Assembly: GCF_014396165.1 (NCBI RefSeq)
Contig: NZ_CP060715.1
Location: 1,140,001-1,172,000, forward strand
DNA from: Erysipelothrix inopinata
Lineage (GTDB): Bacteria > Bacillota_I > Bacilli_A > Erysipelotrichales > Erysipelotrichaceae
Direction: 5' to 3'
DNA length: 32,000 nt
Part shown: one piece after another, positions 16,213-24,717 of the stretch
Layout of the letters: every line of letters begins with the position of its first letter
Position numbering within the stretch: the first letter of the stretch is position 1
Program-made: the position numbers and the translations under genes
The notes under the pieces: model-generated
Told to the model about the DNA's origin: nothing
Seen by the model: only the letters and a program-made list of their open reading frames with translations
The model's database searches: none

Positions 16213-18363
16213 TTAGTTTTCTTTTCTAAGTTTATTAATCGTTACAATAGCAAATCCTGAAACAATAAGAATCATTGAGATTAAGATTGTTTGTTTTGCG
16301 TCAACACCTGTTGAAGGAAGTTTTTCTGAAGGTGTTTTGCCTTCATCTGGATTTTGTGTTCCAGGTACTTCTTTTTCATTCTTTTTATATGTGAACATGA
16401 CTTCAAGATTATCAGATTCAATCGTTCCTGTTACATCTTTATTACCTATAAGGGTGTATCCATCAATTAGAGGCGCTTCAACCTTATATGAATCCATCAA
16501 TTTAACATCCATATTTTCAGATGTTTTGATTTCAAGTCCTTGTTCATCTACAAATTTCGTTGTAATTGTACTCATAAATGGTTTAAACTCTGAATTTGAT
16601 CTGAAGAATAGGAGCCCAGCTACTGAAGTATTAATATCAAGATAGTCAGTAAGTTTTTGGTCAACAACTTTCATAGCTGATTTTGATGAAGATGCGTGTC
16701 TCATATAAGTACCATCTTCTTTTTGAATAATAATTCCGGTATGAGTTACATCAAGTCCTGCAATATTTTTGCGAATTCCAACATAATCTCCAGTTTTGAA
16801 TGTCTTGAGAACATCTTCAGTAACATTGTTTCGTGGAATAAAGTTTATATCACGATTTCTTACTGCTAGTCCTGGAATATATACTCCGTTAGCGCCTTGA
16901 TTTAAATCAACGGAATCAGTTTTAATAATGCTAGCATATTCTGGGTTTGTTAGAAGATCTGTTGCAACGATTTGTGACTCAGAGTACCAATCAGAGTAGA
17001 AGTGTTTTCTGTGGAGATATTCAACTTTTGCTTCACGATAACGTACACGCTTTAGATTGTTGATAAACTCTTCCTGAGTATGAGATTGTTTGAATGATTC
17101 TACATAATCTAAGTATGTAAAGCAATCAAGCTCGTTGAGGGCAATAACAAGTTGTTCCGGGTCTGTTGTAGAACCTACAAGACGATTTGCAACATACGGT
17201 GTATCTAGGAAATAAGATGAGATAATATCAAGTTTTTCCTCGTCACTCTTTAAGTTATTCTTTTTAAGAAGTGTGAATACATCTTCCATCATCTTCTTCG
17301 ATGTGTCATTGAATTGAATTTCATATTCTTCAGAAACATAACGATATGTAAATGTGACAGTTGTTGTGTCGCCTACAGTTCCTTTATTATTTTTAGCAGT
17401 AAGATATGTATATCCTGGTAGATTTGGAGCAGCAACTTCATAGGCTTCCCCGTATGTCTTTTTCATAGTTTCAGTAGGACGTACGTTATTTCCTGATTCA
17501 TCAACATACTCGATATTGAGTGTTCCTTGAATTGGTTGCATTGTAGCATTGGATCTAAAGAATAGAAGTCCTATAACCGATGTATTGATATCTAAGTAAT
17601 CAGTAATCTTTTGATCTACAACTTTCATTGCTGATTTAGATGATGAAGCATGGCGCATGTATACACCGTCTTCTTTAACAATTACAATACCAGTATGAGT
17701 TACATCAAGACCTGCAATGTTTTTACGGATTCCAATATAATCGCCAGTTTTTAGTTTTGGGAGAACATTAACGACTTTGTCACGAGGGATATAATTAATG
17801 TCACGTGATCTGTAGTCTAGGTTAGGAATATAAGCGCCATTTGCTCCTTCATTTAAATTCACGACATCCGTTTGTACGAATTCTGAAAATTCTGGTCGTG
17901 TAAGAAGATCTTCCGCTACTTTTTCATTTTCTGAATACCAATCTGAATAGAAATGTTTACGGTGGTAATATTCTACTTTACTGTCAATATAACGAACTTT
18001 TTCGAGGTTTTTGATGAATTCTTCCTCGTTTTGGGAACGTTTGAATGACTCGATGTAATCAAGGAATGTAAAACAATCAAGTTCACTAAGAGCAATGACA
18101 AGCTGTTCTGGCTCAGTAGGTGAACCAACGAGACGGTTCGCAACATAAGGTGTATCAAGGAAATAAGCACTCAATAAATCAATTTTTTCTGATTCTGTTT
18201 TCGAGTTATTTTCCTTTAAAAGAGCAAAAACATCTTTCATAATTTTCTTTGAGGGTTCCGTTAGTTGAATAACTGGACCTTCATTTTCATCAGCCTGTAC
18301 CTGAGTTGTAAACGGACTGATGCAGATAGCGAGTGTTAATACTGTAATGATAAATTTCTTCAT
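16213..18363 (-). CDS. LPXTG-anchored surface protein: signal peptide - [DUF1460 amidase-like domain - MucBP-like domain] x2 - LPSTG
   Basis: Signal peptide MKKFIITVLTLAICISPFTTQVQA. Two about 315-aa units each contain YFLDTPYVANRLVGS, ELDCFT(F/Y)LDY, HRKHFYSDWYSE and IRKNIAGLDVTHTGI (DUF1460 / papain-like Cys-His pattern). Each is followed by a beta-rich (Y/F)VDE.G....Y.V.AP...GYT...TF(T/Y) module of MucBP type. The C-terminus is LPSTG plus a TM segment plus KLRKEN. Confidence 0.8.
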   Translation of the reverse strand: MKKFIITVLTLAICISPFTTQVQADENEGPVIQLTEPSKKIMKDVFALLKENNSKTESEKIDLLSAYFLDTPYVANRLVGSPTEPEQLVIALSELDCFTFLDYIESFKRSQNEEEFIKNLEKVRYIDSKVEYYHRKHFYSDWYSENEKVAEDLLTRPEFSEFVQTDVVNLNEGANGAYIPNLDYRSRDINYIPRDKVVNVLPKLKTGDYIGIRKNIAGLDVTHTGIVIVKEDGVYMRHASSSKSAMKVVDQKITDYLDINTSVIGLLFFRSNATMQPIQGTLNIEYVDESGNNVRPTETMKKTYGEAYEVAAPNLPGYTYLTAKNNKGTVGDTTTVTFTYRYVSEEYEIQFNDTSKKMMEDVFTLLKKNNLKSDEEKLDIISSYFLDTPYVANRLVGSTTDPEQLVIALNELDCFTYLDYVESFKQSHTQEEFINNLKRVRYREAKVEYLHRKHFYSDWYSESQIVATDLLTNPEYASIIKTDSVDLNQGANGVYIPGLAVRNRDINFIPRNNVTEDVLKTFKTGDYVGIRKNIAGLDVTHTGIIIQKEDGTYMRHASSSKSAMKVVDQKLTDYLDINTSVAGLLFFRSNSEFKPFMSTITTKFVDEQGLEIKTSENMDVKLMDSYKVEAPLIDGYTLIGNKDVTGTIESDNLEVMFTYKKNEKEVPGTQNPDEGKTPSEKLPSTGVDAKQTILISMILIVSGFAIVTINKLRKEN
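16384..18276 (-). repeat. Intragenic tandem duplication (two units of about 945 nt) inside the surface-protein gene
   Basis: Unit 1 spans about 17329-18276 and unit 2 about 16384-17328. Long identical peptide blocks are shared (MRHASSSKSAMKVVDQK, DYLDINTSV, LLFFRSN, IRKNIAGLDVTHTGI), with matching DNA stretches. The boundaries are approximate. Confidence 0.7.
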
Positions 18364-18515
18364 ACTTTCCTCCTGTATTCGCTTACATAATATAAATTAC
18401 CACATGAGTGATGCATAAAGCAACAATATTTCACATTTTCATAACTGAAGATGAAATAATATTTAATTAGAAATGTTAAGTGAGTAACACCAGAAAGCAT
18501 TATTATTGAAAGCAT

Positions 18516-18533
18516 TATACCTATGGGGGTATA
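18516..18533. promoter_or_regulatory. CsoR/CstR-type operator candidate
   Basis: TATACC-TATGGG-GGTATA is a perfect 6-bp inverted repeat around a G5 tract, 29 nt upstream of the rhodanese ATG. It has the TACC-N-GGGGGTA form I recall for CsoR-family (copper/persulfide sensor) operators. Confidence 0.5.
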
Positions 18534-18561
18534 CCAATATCAGATATGAAGAGGAGACATT

Positions 18562-18834
18562 ATGCTATTTAATAAAGTACCAACTGTAACTTGGTCAGAT
18601 ATTGACAAAAATGCTAAGATAATTGATGTAAGAGAGACGCATGAATATAAACAAGGGCATGCAAAAGGAACTAAAAATATTCCTTTATCCAAAATTGAAG
18701 ATTTTCAAACAATTGACAGAGTTTATGTTGTTTGTGCGAGTGGAGCGCGTAGTAAACGTGCTGCAAAATATTTAAGACGTAAAGGAATTGATGCAGTAAA
18801 CATTAAGGGAGGTATGATGACATATGGGAAATAA
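18562..18834 (+). CDS. Single-domain rhodanese (sulfurtransferase)
   Basis: Active-site loop CASGARS within VYVVCASGARSKRAAKYL. RBS GAGGAG. Confidence 0.85.
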   Translation: MLFNKVPTVTWSDIDKNAKIIDVRETHEYKQGHAKGTKNIPLSKIEDFQTIDRVYVVCASGARSKRAAKYLRRKGIDAVNIKGGMMTYGK

Positions 18835-20476
18835 TCCAAAACGAGTGGTTGTTGTTGGTGGTGTTGCAGGTGGGATGAGCTTTGCGACTCGGTATCGTCG
18901 ACTCAATCAAAATGATCATATAATTGTAATCGAGAAAGGTCCTTATGTTTCTTTCGCAAACTGTGGGCTACCGTATTATGTTTCCGGGGAAATTGAGAAC
19001 CGTTCTGATTTGATTGTCGCACAACAAAGTATGCTACAAGATCGTTTCCAACTTGATATTCGCGTAAACAGTGAAGTAGTTGCAATTCATTCTGATCGAA
19101 AAACTGTGAGTGTAAAATGGGAAGATAAAGTAGAAGAAGTATCTTATGATTCACTTATTTTATCACCGGGAGCGAAACCTGTAGAACTCGATATAGAAGG
19201 GAAAAACAATCGTGAGGGTATCTTCACTTTACGTAACATTCCCGATGTTGACAAAATTGTTGAATATATCGATGAGAAACAACCAAAATCTGCTGTTGTA
19301 ATTGGTGCTGGATTCATTGGATTAGAAATGGCTGAAAACTTAAAACTTAGAGGGCTTACTGTTTCAGTGGTTGAAAAAGCTCCACATGTTCTTCCTCCTT
19401 TTGATGAAGAAATGGCCAAATTTGCAGAGCGAGAATTGAATAGAAATGATGTTAGAGTTTATACGGGTACAAGTGTTGTTCGTTTTGATGGTGATGTTGC
19501 TTACCTAGAAGATGGTACAAAAATTAATGCAAACATCGTAATTATGTCTGTGGGAGTCGTTCCAGAAACTAAAATGGCACAAGAAGCAGGTATCGAGGTT
19601 GGGATGCGTCAAGGGATAAAAGTTGATGAAAAGTATCAAACATCAATTGAAGATATTTATGCAGTAGGTGATGCTATCATCGTTAAAAATGTTCAAACAG
19701 GTGAAGATACAATGATTCCCTTAGCATCACCAGCTAATCGCCAAGGACGTCAATTAGCAGATATTTTAAGCGGTAAAAACAAGAAAAATAAAGGATCCCT
19801 AGGAACAGCAATTGTTAGGATATTCGATTTAACATTTGCTTCTACCGGACTTAATGAAAGACAATTAAAAGATAAAGATTATGAAGTAATGCATCTTCAT
19901 TCTAATGATCACGCAGGATACTTCCCAGGTGCTACACCTATCGATTTAAAAGTTATCTTTGATCCGAAAACTGAATTAATTTTAGGTGCGCAAGCAGTAG
20001 GTAAAAAAGGTGTAGACAAACGAATTGACATTCTTGCTACGGCAATTAAAGCGGGTTATCCAGTTACGGAACTTCAAGAGTTAGAACTTACTTATGCACC
20101 ACCATTTGGATCAGCAAAAGACATTGTTAATATGGCAGGCTATGTTGCTGAAAATATATTAGATAAAACAACAGATACGATTCAATGGTATGAGCTAGAG
20201 AATTACCAGAATGATGGAGCGATAGTAGTTGATGTTAGATATGAAAATGAACGCAATCAAGGTTATATCGAAGGATCAATACATATGGTTTTAGACAATC
20301 TTCGCTGTGAGATGAACTCACTTCCTAAAGATAAAGAGATTATTGTATACTGTCACAGTGCTGTAAGAAGTTATAATGCGGAACGTATTCTTAAAGAAGG
20401 TGGCTTCAACGTCAAGAACCTTGATGGATCGTATGCTCTCTATGAAGTGGCCCAACCAGAAAGGATTGTACGATAA
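18824..20476 (+). CDS. cdr: CoA-disulfide reductase fused to a C-terminal rhodanese domain (CoA persulfide/polysulfide reductase type)
   Basis: FAD motif VVVVGGVAGGMS. The redox Cys motif SFANCGLPYY compares with S. aureus Cdr SFANCALPY. NAD motif VIGAGFIGLE. The C-terminal rhodanese domain carries VYCHSAVRSY. The start overlaps the upstream rhodanese gene by 11 nt. Confidence 0.85.
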   Translation: MGNNPKRVVVVGGVAGGMSFATRYRRLNQNDHIIVIEKGPYVSFANCGLPYYVSGEIENRSDLIVAQQSMLQDRFQLDIRVNSEVVAIHSDRKTVSVKWEDKVEEVSYDSLILSPGAKPVELDIEGKNNREGIFTLRNIPDVDKIVEYIDEKQPKSAVVIGAGFIGLEMAENLKLRGLTVSVVEKAPHVLPPFDEEMAKFAERELNRNDVRVYTGTSVVRFDGDVAYLEDGTKINANIVIMSVGVVPETKMAQEAGIEVGMRQGIKVDEKYQTSIEDIYAVGDAIIVKNVQTGEDTMIPLASPANRQGRQLADILSGKNKKNKGSLGTAIVRIFDLTFASTGLNERQLKDKDYEVMHLHSNDHAGYFPGATPIDLKVIFDPKTELILGAQAVGKKGVDKRIDILATAIKAGYPVTELQELELTYAPPFGSAKDIVNMAGYVAENILDKTTDTIQWYELENYQNDGAIVVDVRYENERNQGYIEGSIHMVLDNLRCEMNSLPKDKEIIVYCHSAVRSYNAERILKEGGFNVKNLDGSYALYEVAQPERIVR

Positions 20477-20760
20477 TGTTTAGTAGTATCTTGATGAGTG
20501 AAATTAGAAGTACCGATAATTTAAATATTATTGATGTAAGGGATCCAGAAGAGTACATGTTTGGTACAATTCCTGATGCTCAAAGAATACCTATGAATAC
20601 AGTGCCTGACCAACTTGACCTATTGTCCAAGGAAAAAACATATCATATCGTTTGTCAATCAGGTTCTCGTTCACATATGGTATGTCAGTATTTATCACAA
20701 CAAGGGTATGATGTTGTGAATGTTATGGGAGGTATGGGTGCCTACCGAGGAAATTTATAA
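20476..20760 (+). CDS. Single-domain rhodanese (sulfurtransferase)
   Basis: Active-site loop CQSGSRS within HIVCQSGSRSHMVCQYL. TAATG overlap with the upstream stop. Confidence 0.85.
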   Translation: MFSSILMSEIRSTDNLNIIDVRDPEEYMFGTIPDAQRIPMNTVPDQLDLLSKEKTYHIVCQSGSRSHMVCQYLSQQGYDVVNVMGGMGAYRGNL

Positions 20761-20774
20761 TATTAATAAGTGTG

Positions 20775-20803
20775 GAACGGTCATATTGTGACCGTTCTTT
20801 TTC
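20775..20803 (+). terminator. Rho-independent terminator
   Basis: Stem gaacggtca (20775-20783) / tgaccgttc (20789-20797) followed by a T-run. Confidence 0.65.
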
Positions 20804-20915
20804 GTATTAAAACCATTAATATATATTATTAAGCCGATTCACTGATACCCTAGTATTAATATAGAGAAAATGTTAAATTAGGATTGGTTCAAGTATTTAT
20901 TAATAGGGGGATAAA

Positions 20916-21473
20916 ATGCTTGTGGACATAGAATCGGGGTTTGTTATATATATTTTTGTATATATAGTTTATTTCTTGCAAGGGATAAGAAAATTAACCT
21001 TAAGAGATAAAATAGTACATACATGTTTTTTTATATACATCTGTGCGTTGATAGATGTTACACTACTTCCATTACCATTATCACGAGAAAAGATCATGTA
21101 CAATCTTGAGTTCCAAGATCAGACGAATTACATTCATCTGACGCCATTCACAATGTTTGTTGGTTTCCAAGCTTCAGATATCTTTAGAAATTATTTTTTG
21201 AATATGGTTATGTTTATGCCAATGGGGTTATTTTTAGCATTAAAATATAAGAATAATCATAAATTTCTCAAACCCATAACGATAGTCTTTCTAACATCAC
21301 TGACGATTGAAACACTACAATATTTTACGTCAAAATATTTAGGTACTTGGAGAATTTGTGATATCGATGATTTGATATTTAACACTCTAGGCGGCCTATT
21401 AGCATTAATTGGCAGTTATGGAATAATGAATGTATTTACCTATTATCAAAACAAAACAAGCTATTTGAAGTAG
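20916..21473 (+). CDS. VanZ-like family membrane protein
   Basis: 4-5 TM segments, with DKIVH and CDIDDLIFNTLGGLLA blocks typical of VanZ-like proteins. RBS AGGGGG 5 nt upstream. Confidence 0.6.
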   Translation: MLVDIESGFVIYIFVYIVYFLQGIRKLTLRDKIVHTCFFIYICALIDVTLLPLPLSREKIMYNLEFQDQTNYIHLTPFTMFVGFQASDIFRNYFLNMVMFMPMGLFLALKYKNNHKFLKPITIVFLTSLTIETLQYFTSKYLGTWRICDIDDLIFNTLGGLLALIGSYGIMNVFTYYQNKTSYLK

Positions 21474-21483
21474 CTTGTTTTTC
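21455..21483. terminator. Bidirectional terminator overlapping the VanZ-like stop
   Basis: Stem aacaagcta (21455-21463) / tagcttgtt (21471-21479), T-run on the + strand, and ttttgtttt on the - strand. It lies between convergent genes. Confidence 0.55.
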
Positions 21484-21517
21484 TGTAGATAAATATTAAC
21501 AGTATCGTGTTTAAGAT

Positions 21518-22282
21518 TTATTGAGTTAGTTCCAGATCTTTTTGAATCTCTAAGGCACACTCTTTAAGAGTATCCATTAAAAAATCGATGCCTTTGTATT
21601 CAAGGCGGCTAGAAGGCCCAGATATACTGATTGCATATTGTAAAACACCTTTTGAATCAAAAATAGGTACTGCGTAACATGAGAGTCCGTATTCGTATTC
21701 TTCATCGTCAAAAGATAACCCTGAAGCAAGAATATTTTCTTGTTGTACTTTAAATTCTTCGAATGTCGTGATTGTTCTAACAGTACGTTGCGGAACATTG
21801 GTAAAGTAACGTTTGAGATCGTTATCGTCTCGTTGTGCTAGAAAAAGTTTTCCCATACCTGAACAGTATAAATCACCAACAGGACGCAGGGAAGTTTGTA
21901 GTTGATAGAAGTCACCATGCATTCTCCGTAAAATAACGAGATCATCTTTATATTCCATTCCCAAGTTAATGCTCTCGCCAGTAATCTCAACAGCTTTCTT
22001 CATATGTGGTTCTGCGATATCAATAATTCGATTTTTAATCGTGACACCTTTTGCAAATTTCAACATATGATAATCAAGACAATAGTTCGAGTTTTCGAGT
22101 TGTTTTACTGCTTTTACCTCTTCAAGTGATTTCATTATTCTGAAAATACGAGTCTTAGGAAGATCAAGTTTTTGGGCAAGACTGCTAATTCCAATTTCTT
22201 GTTCGAGATTAATAGTATCTAAAACTCTAAATGCATCAACGATATTGCCGATAACAGGATTTTTGGTTGAATCATCTGCCAT
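21518..22282 (-). CDS. IclR-family transcriptional regulator
   Basis: N-terminal winged HTH (ISSLAQKLDLPKTRIFRIMKSLEE). The C-terminal IclR effector domain carries GLSCYAVPIFDSKGVLQYAISISGPSSR. Confidence 0.85.
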   Translation of the reverse strand: MADDSTKNPVIGNIVDAFRVLDTINLEQEIGISSLAQKLDLPKTRIFRIMKSLEEVKAVKQLENSNYCLDYHMLKFAKGVTIKNRIIDIAEPHMKKAVEITGESINLGMEYKDDLVILRRMHGDFYQLQTSLRPVGDLYCSGMGKLFLAQRDDNDLKRYFTNVPQRTVRTITTFEEFKVQQENILASGLSFDDEEYEYGLSCYAVPIFDSKGVLQYAISISGPSSRLEYKGIDFLMDTLKECALEIQKDLELTQ

Positions 22283-22396
22283 GAGAAGGTGTACCTCTTA
22301 CTTTCATTCAATATTATACTTTATTCACAAGCAATTATATACTTTGTGAAATTTTGTTCAAATATCTTTTATTTCGCCTTTCGAATATTACAAAAC

Positions 22397-22480
22397 CGGT
22401 TGTTTAACCTAAATTAGAATGCTAGTATTTAAAAGTGGAACACGTTCCGAAATTAAACAACCGCTAGCAAAATTGTTTAA
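22397..22480. promoter_or_regulatory. Repeat cluster (three TTGTTTAA-type half-sites plus a GGAAC-AC-GTTCC palindrome) in the IclR/transporter divergent region
   Basis: CGGTTGTTTAA (22397-22407) is the exact reverse complement of TTAAACAACCG (22453-22463). A third copy, TTGTTTAA, lies at 22473-22480. The palindrome GGAACACGTTCC lies at 22437-22448, between them. Confidence 0.35.
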
Positions 22481-22498
22481 TTCATCAAAGGAGAAACT

Positions 22499-23563
22499 AT
22501 GAGTACGGATGTAAAAAGAGAGAAATTAAGCCTCTCGCAATTTATTATGAAAGTTGTAAATGGCTCGACCAGTGGTATTATCGTAGCCGTAATTCCAAAT
22601 GCTATATTTGGACAAATATTCTTGAACCTGATACCAACTTGGGAAGGATTTAGAGTATTATATGAACTTGTGCAAATTATTCAATTATTGATGCCAGTCT
22701 TAGTGGGAATTGGTGTTGCTCGTCAATTTAATCTTGATTTAATACCTTCATTATCAGTCGGTGCGGCTGCATTCTTAGGTAGTGGTAACGTTATTAATAA
22801 TGCAGGTATGTGGCAACTAGTAGGTATTGGGGATACCGTTAATGCTATGTTAGTCTCAGGTATTGCAGTTTGGTTTGTATTTTTAATTGAAAATAAAGTT
22901 AAAGCCTTTGTTACAATTGCTTACCCTACAATTGTTGGAGCTGGAGCTGGAATCATTGGATATTTAACACTTCCTTATGTATCCAGTTTGACACGCCTCA
23001 TTGGTAATATTGTTGGAACAGCTACAGAACTTCAACCTATTGTAATGAGTGTTATTATCGCTGTTATCTTTGCAATTTTAATCTTAACGCCAATTTCAGT
23101 TGTCGCAATTGCAATCGCAATTTCTTTGGACGGTATTGGATCAGGTGCAGCAAACTTAGGCCTCGTTGCAGTTGTATTATTTATGGCAATGGGTTCACAT
23201 AAAGCAAAAAATGAAGCTGGAATAACCATCTCTATAATTCTTGGAGGTGTTAAAGCCATGATGCCTAACTTCTTCAAGAACCTTAAAATTATGATTCCTG
23301 TAGCAATATGTTCAGGAATTATGGGAGCACTTGCTCCAATCTTAAATATTCAAGGAACACCAGCATCAGCAGGATTTGGTTTTGCTGGACTTGTAGGACC
23401 ACTTGTAGCTTACGGATACCTTGAACATTCCGCAATCTTAAACATCATAATTCTTGTGCTTGTATATGCGGTAATACCATTCATTGTTTGTGGATTAACT
23501 TATAAATTCTCACGTGATGGATTAAAAGTAATTAAAGACACTGATTTTGAAGCAACAATTTAA
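22499..23563 (+). CDS. Polytopic membrane transporter, PTS EIIC_2-like (orphan EIIC-type permease)
   Basis: 354 aa, about 10 TM, Gly/Ala/Ile-rich. The N-terminal amphipathic segment (FIMKVVNGSTSGIIVAVIPNAIFGQIF) resembles PF13303-type EIIC proteins as I recall them. No EIIA or EIIB is adjacent. RBS AAGGAG. Confidence 0.45.
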   Translation: MSTDVKREKLSLSQFIMKVVNGSTSGIIVAVIPNAIFGQIFLNLIPTWEGFRVLYELVQIIQLLMPVLVGIGVARQFNLDLIPSLSVGAAAFLGSGNVINNAGMWQLVGIGDTVNAMLVSGIAVWFVFLIENKVKAFVTIAYPTIVGAGAGIIGYLTLPYVSSLTRLIGNIVGTATELQPIVMSVIIAVIFAILILTPISVVAIAIAISLDGIGSGAANLGLVAVVLFMAMGSHKAKNEAGITISIILGGVKAMMPNFFKNLKIMIPVAICSGIMGALAPILNIQGTPASAGFGFAGLVGPLVAYGYLEHSAILNIIILVLVYAVIPFIVCGLTYKFSRDGLKVIKDTDFEATI

Positions 23564-23573
23564 GGAGAGACAG

Positions 23574-24572
23574 ATGAAGAAAATTTTAAGTTTTAACGTT
23601 AACGAAGAAAGAATGCCATTTATTGAATCATGGGCAAAGGAACACAATGTAATTGTGGATTGTTTACCGGATTATCTAACAATGGAAAATGTTGATGCTG
23701 TAAATGGTTACGATGGAATTACGGTTGCTATGGTAGGGAAATTTGATTCTAACCTATATCCTGAATTACAAAAAAGAGGGATTAAACAAGTAGCACAACG
23801 TACAGCAGGATATGAAAACTTTGACTTAGAAGAAGCAAGTAAATATGGAATCATCATTTCTAATGTTCCAACATACTCACCTGAATCAATTGCTGAGTAT
23901 ACATTACTTCTAGCATTACAAATGGTGCGTAAATCACATTTATTAGATGAAAAAGTAGCACAACGTGATTTCCGTTGGTTACCTGATATTAGAGCACGTG
24001 TAATTCAAAATATGACAGTTTCAATAATTGGTGTTGGTCATATCGGTGTTCTTGTTGCAAAACTATTCAAAGGATTCGGTGCAACAGTTATTGGATATGA
24101 TCCTTATCCAAAAGAAGGACTTGAAGATATTTTAACCTATTGTGACAGTGTTGAAGAAGCTGTAAGACAATCAGATATTGTCTCACTTCATATGCCAGCA
24201 TTCGACAGCAACTATCATTTATTTGATAAAGATATGTTTGAAATCATGAAAGATGATGCATACCTTATTAACTGTGGTCGTGGAACATTAGTAAATACTC
24301 CTGACTTAATCGAAGCCGTTAATTCTGGAAAAATTGCAGGAGCAGCATTGGATGTCTACGAAAAAGAAGCCCCTTATGTGCCAGGCAATTTCTCTAGTGA
24401 TGATGAAATAGAAGACAAAGTGTTCTTAGAACTTTTAAATAATCCTAATATTATTTTCTATCACCACTGCGCTTACTATACGGATGTTTCTATTAAAAAT
24501 ATGACTCAATTTGCACTTGATGCAGCATTATCAGTAATCGAAACCGGAGATACCAGTTACCGAGTAAACTAA
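23574..24572 (+). CDS. D-isomer-specific 2-hydroxyacid dehydrogenase (D-lactate dehydrogenase-like)
   Basis: NAD fold GVGHIGVLVAKLFKGFGATVIGYD, with NCGRG, AALDVYE and HHCAYYT (catalytic His region). The start MKKILSF at 23574 has AAGGAG 6 nt upstream. The ORF-track start at 23547 overlaps the upstream gene. Confidence 0.8.
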   Translation: MKKILSFNVNEERMPFIESWAKEHNVIVDCLPDYLTMENVDAVNGYDGITVAMVGKFDSNLYPELQKRGIKQVAQRTAGYENFDLEEASKYGIIISNVPTYSPESIAEYTLLLALQMVRKSHLLDEKVAQRDFRWLPDIRARVIQNMTVSIIGVGHIGVLVAKLFKGFGATVIGYDPYPKEGLEDILTYCDSVEEAVRQSDIVSLHMPAFDSNYHLFDKDMFEIMKDDAYLINCGRGTLVNTPDLIEAVNSGKIAGAALDVYEKEAPYVPGNFSSDDEIEDKVFLELLNNPNIIFYHHCAYYTDVSIKNMTQFALDAALSVIETGDTSYRVN

Positions 24573-24581
24573 ATAAAATAT

Positions 24582-24612
24582 AAACAGCTTCTTATATAAG
24601 AGGCTGTTTTTT
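24582..24612 (+). terminator. Rho-independent terminator
   Basis: aaacagcttct / agaggctgttt stem (one G-U pair) followed by T7. Confidence 0.65.
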
Positions 24613-24717
24613 TACAGCTTATTATAATTATATTTCTGCGAAGGAGTATATCTGTTGAAATAAAAATTCAATTCAGTGATTATATATGAAGTTATAGAAA
24701 ACGTAGGGGAGAATAAA

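Noticed and set aside
22437-22448. GGAACACGTTCC considered as a cre (CcpA) site.
   Set aside because: It does not fit TGNAANCGNWNNCW in any register. It is kept only as a generic palindrome within the IclR control-region finding.
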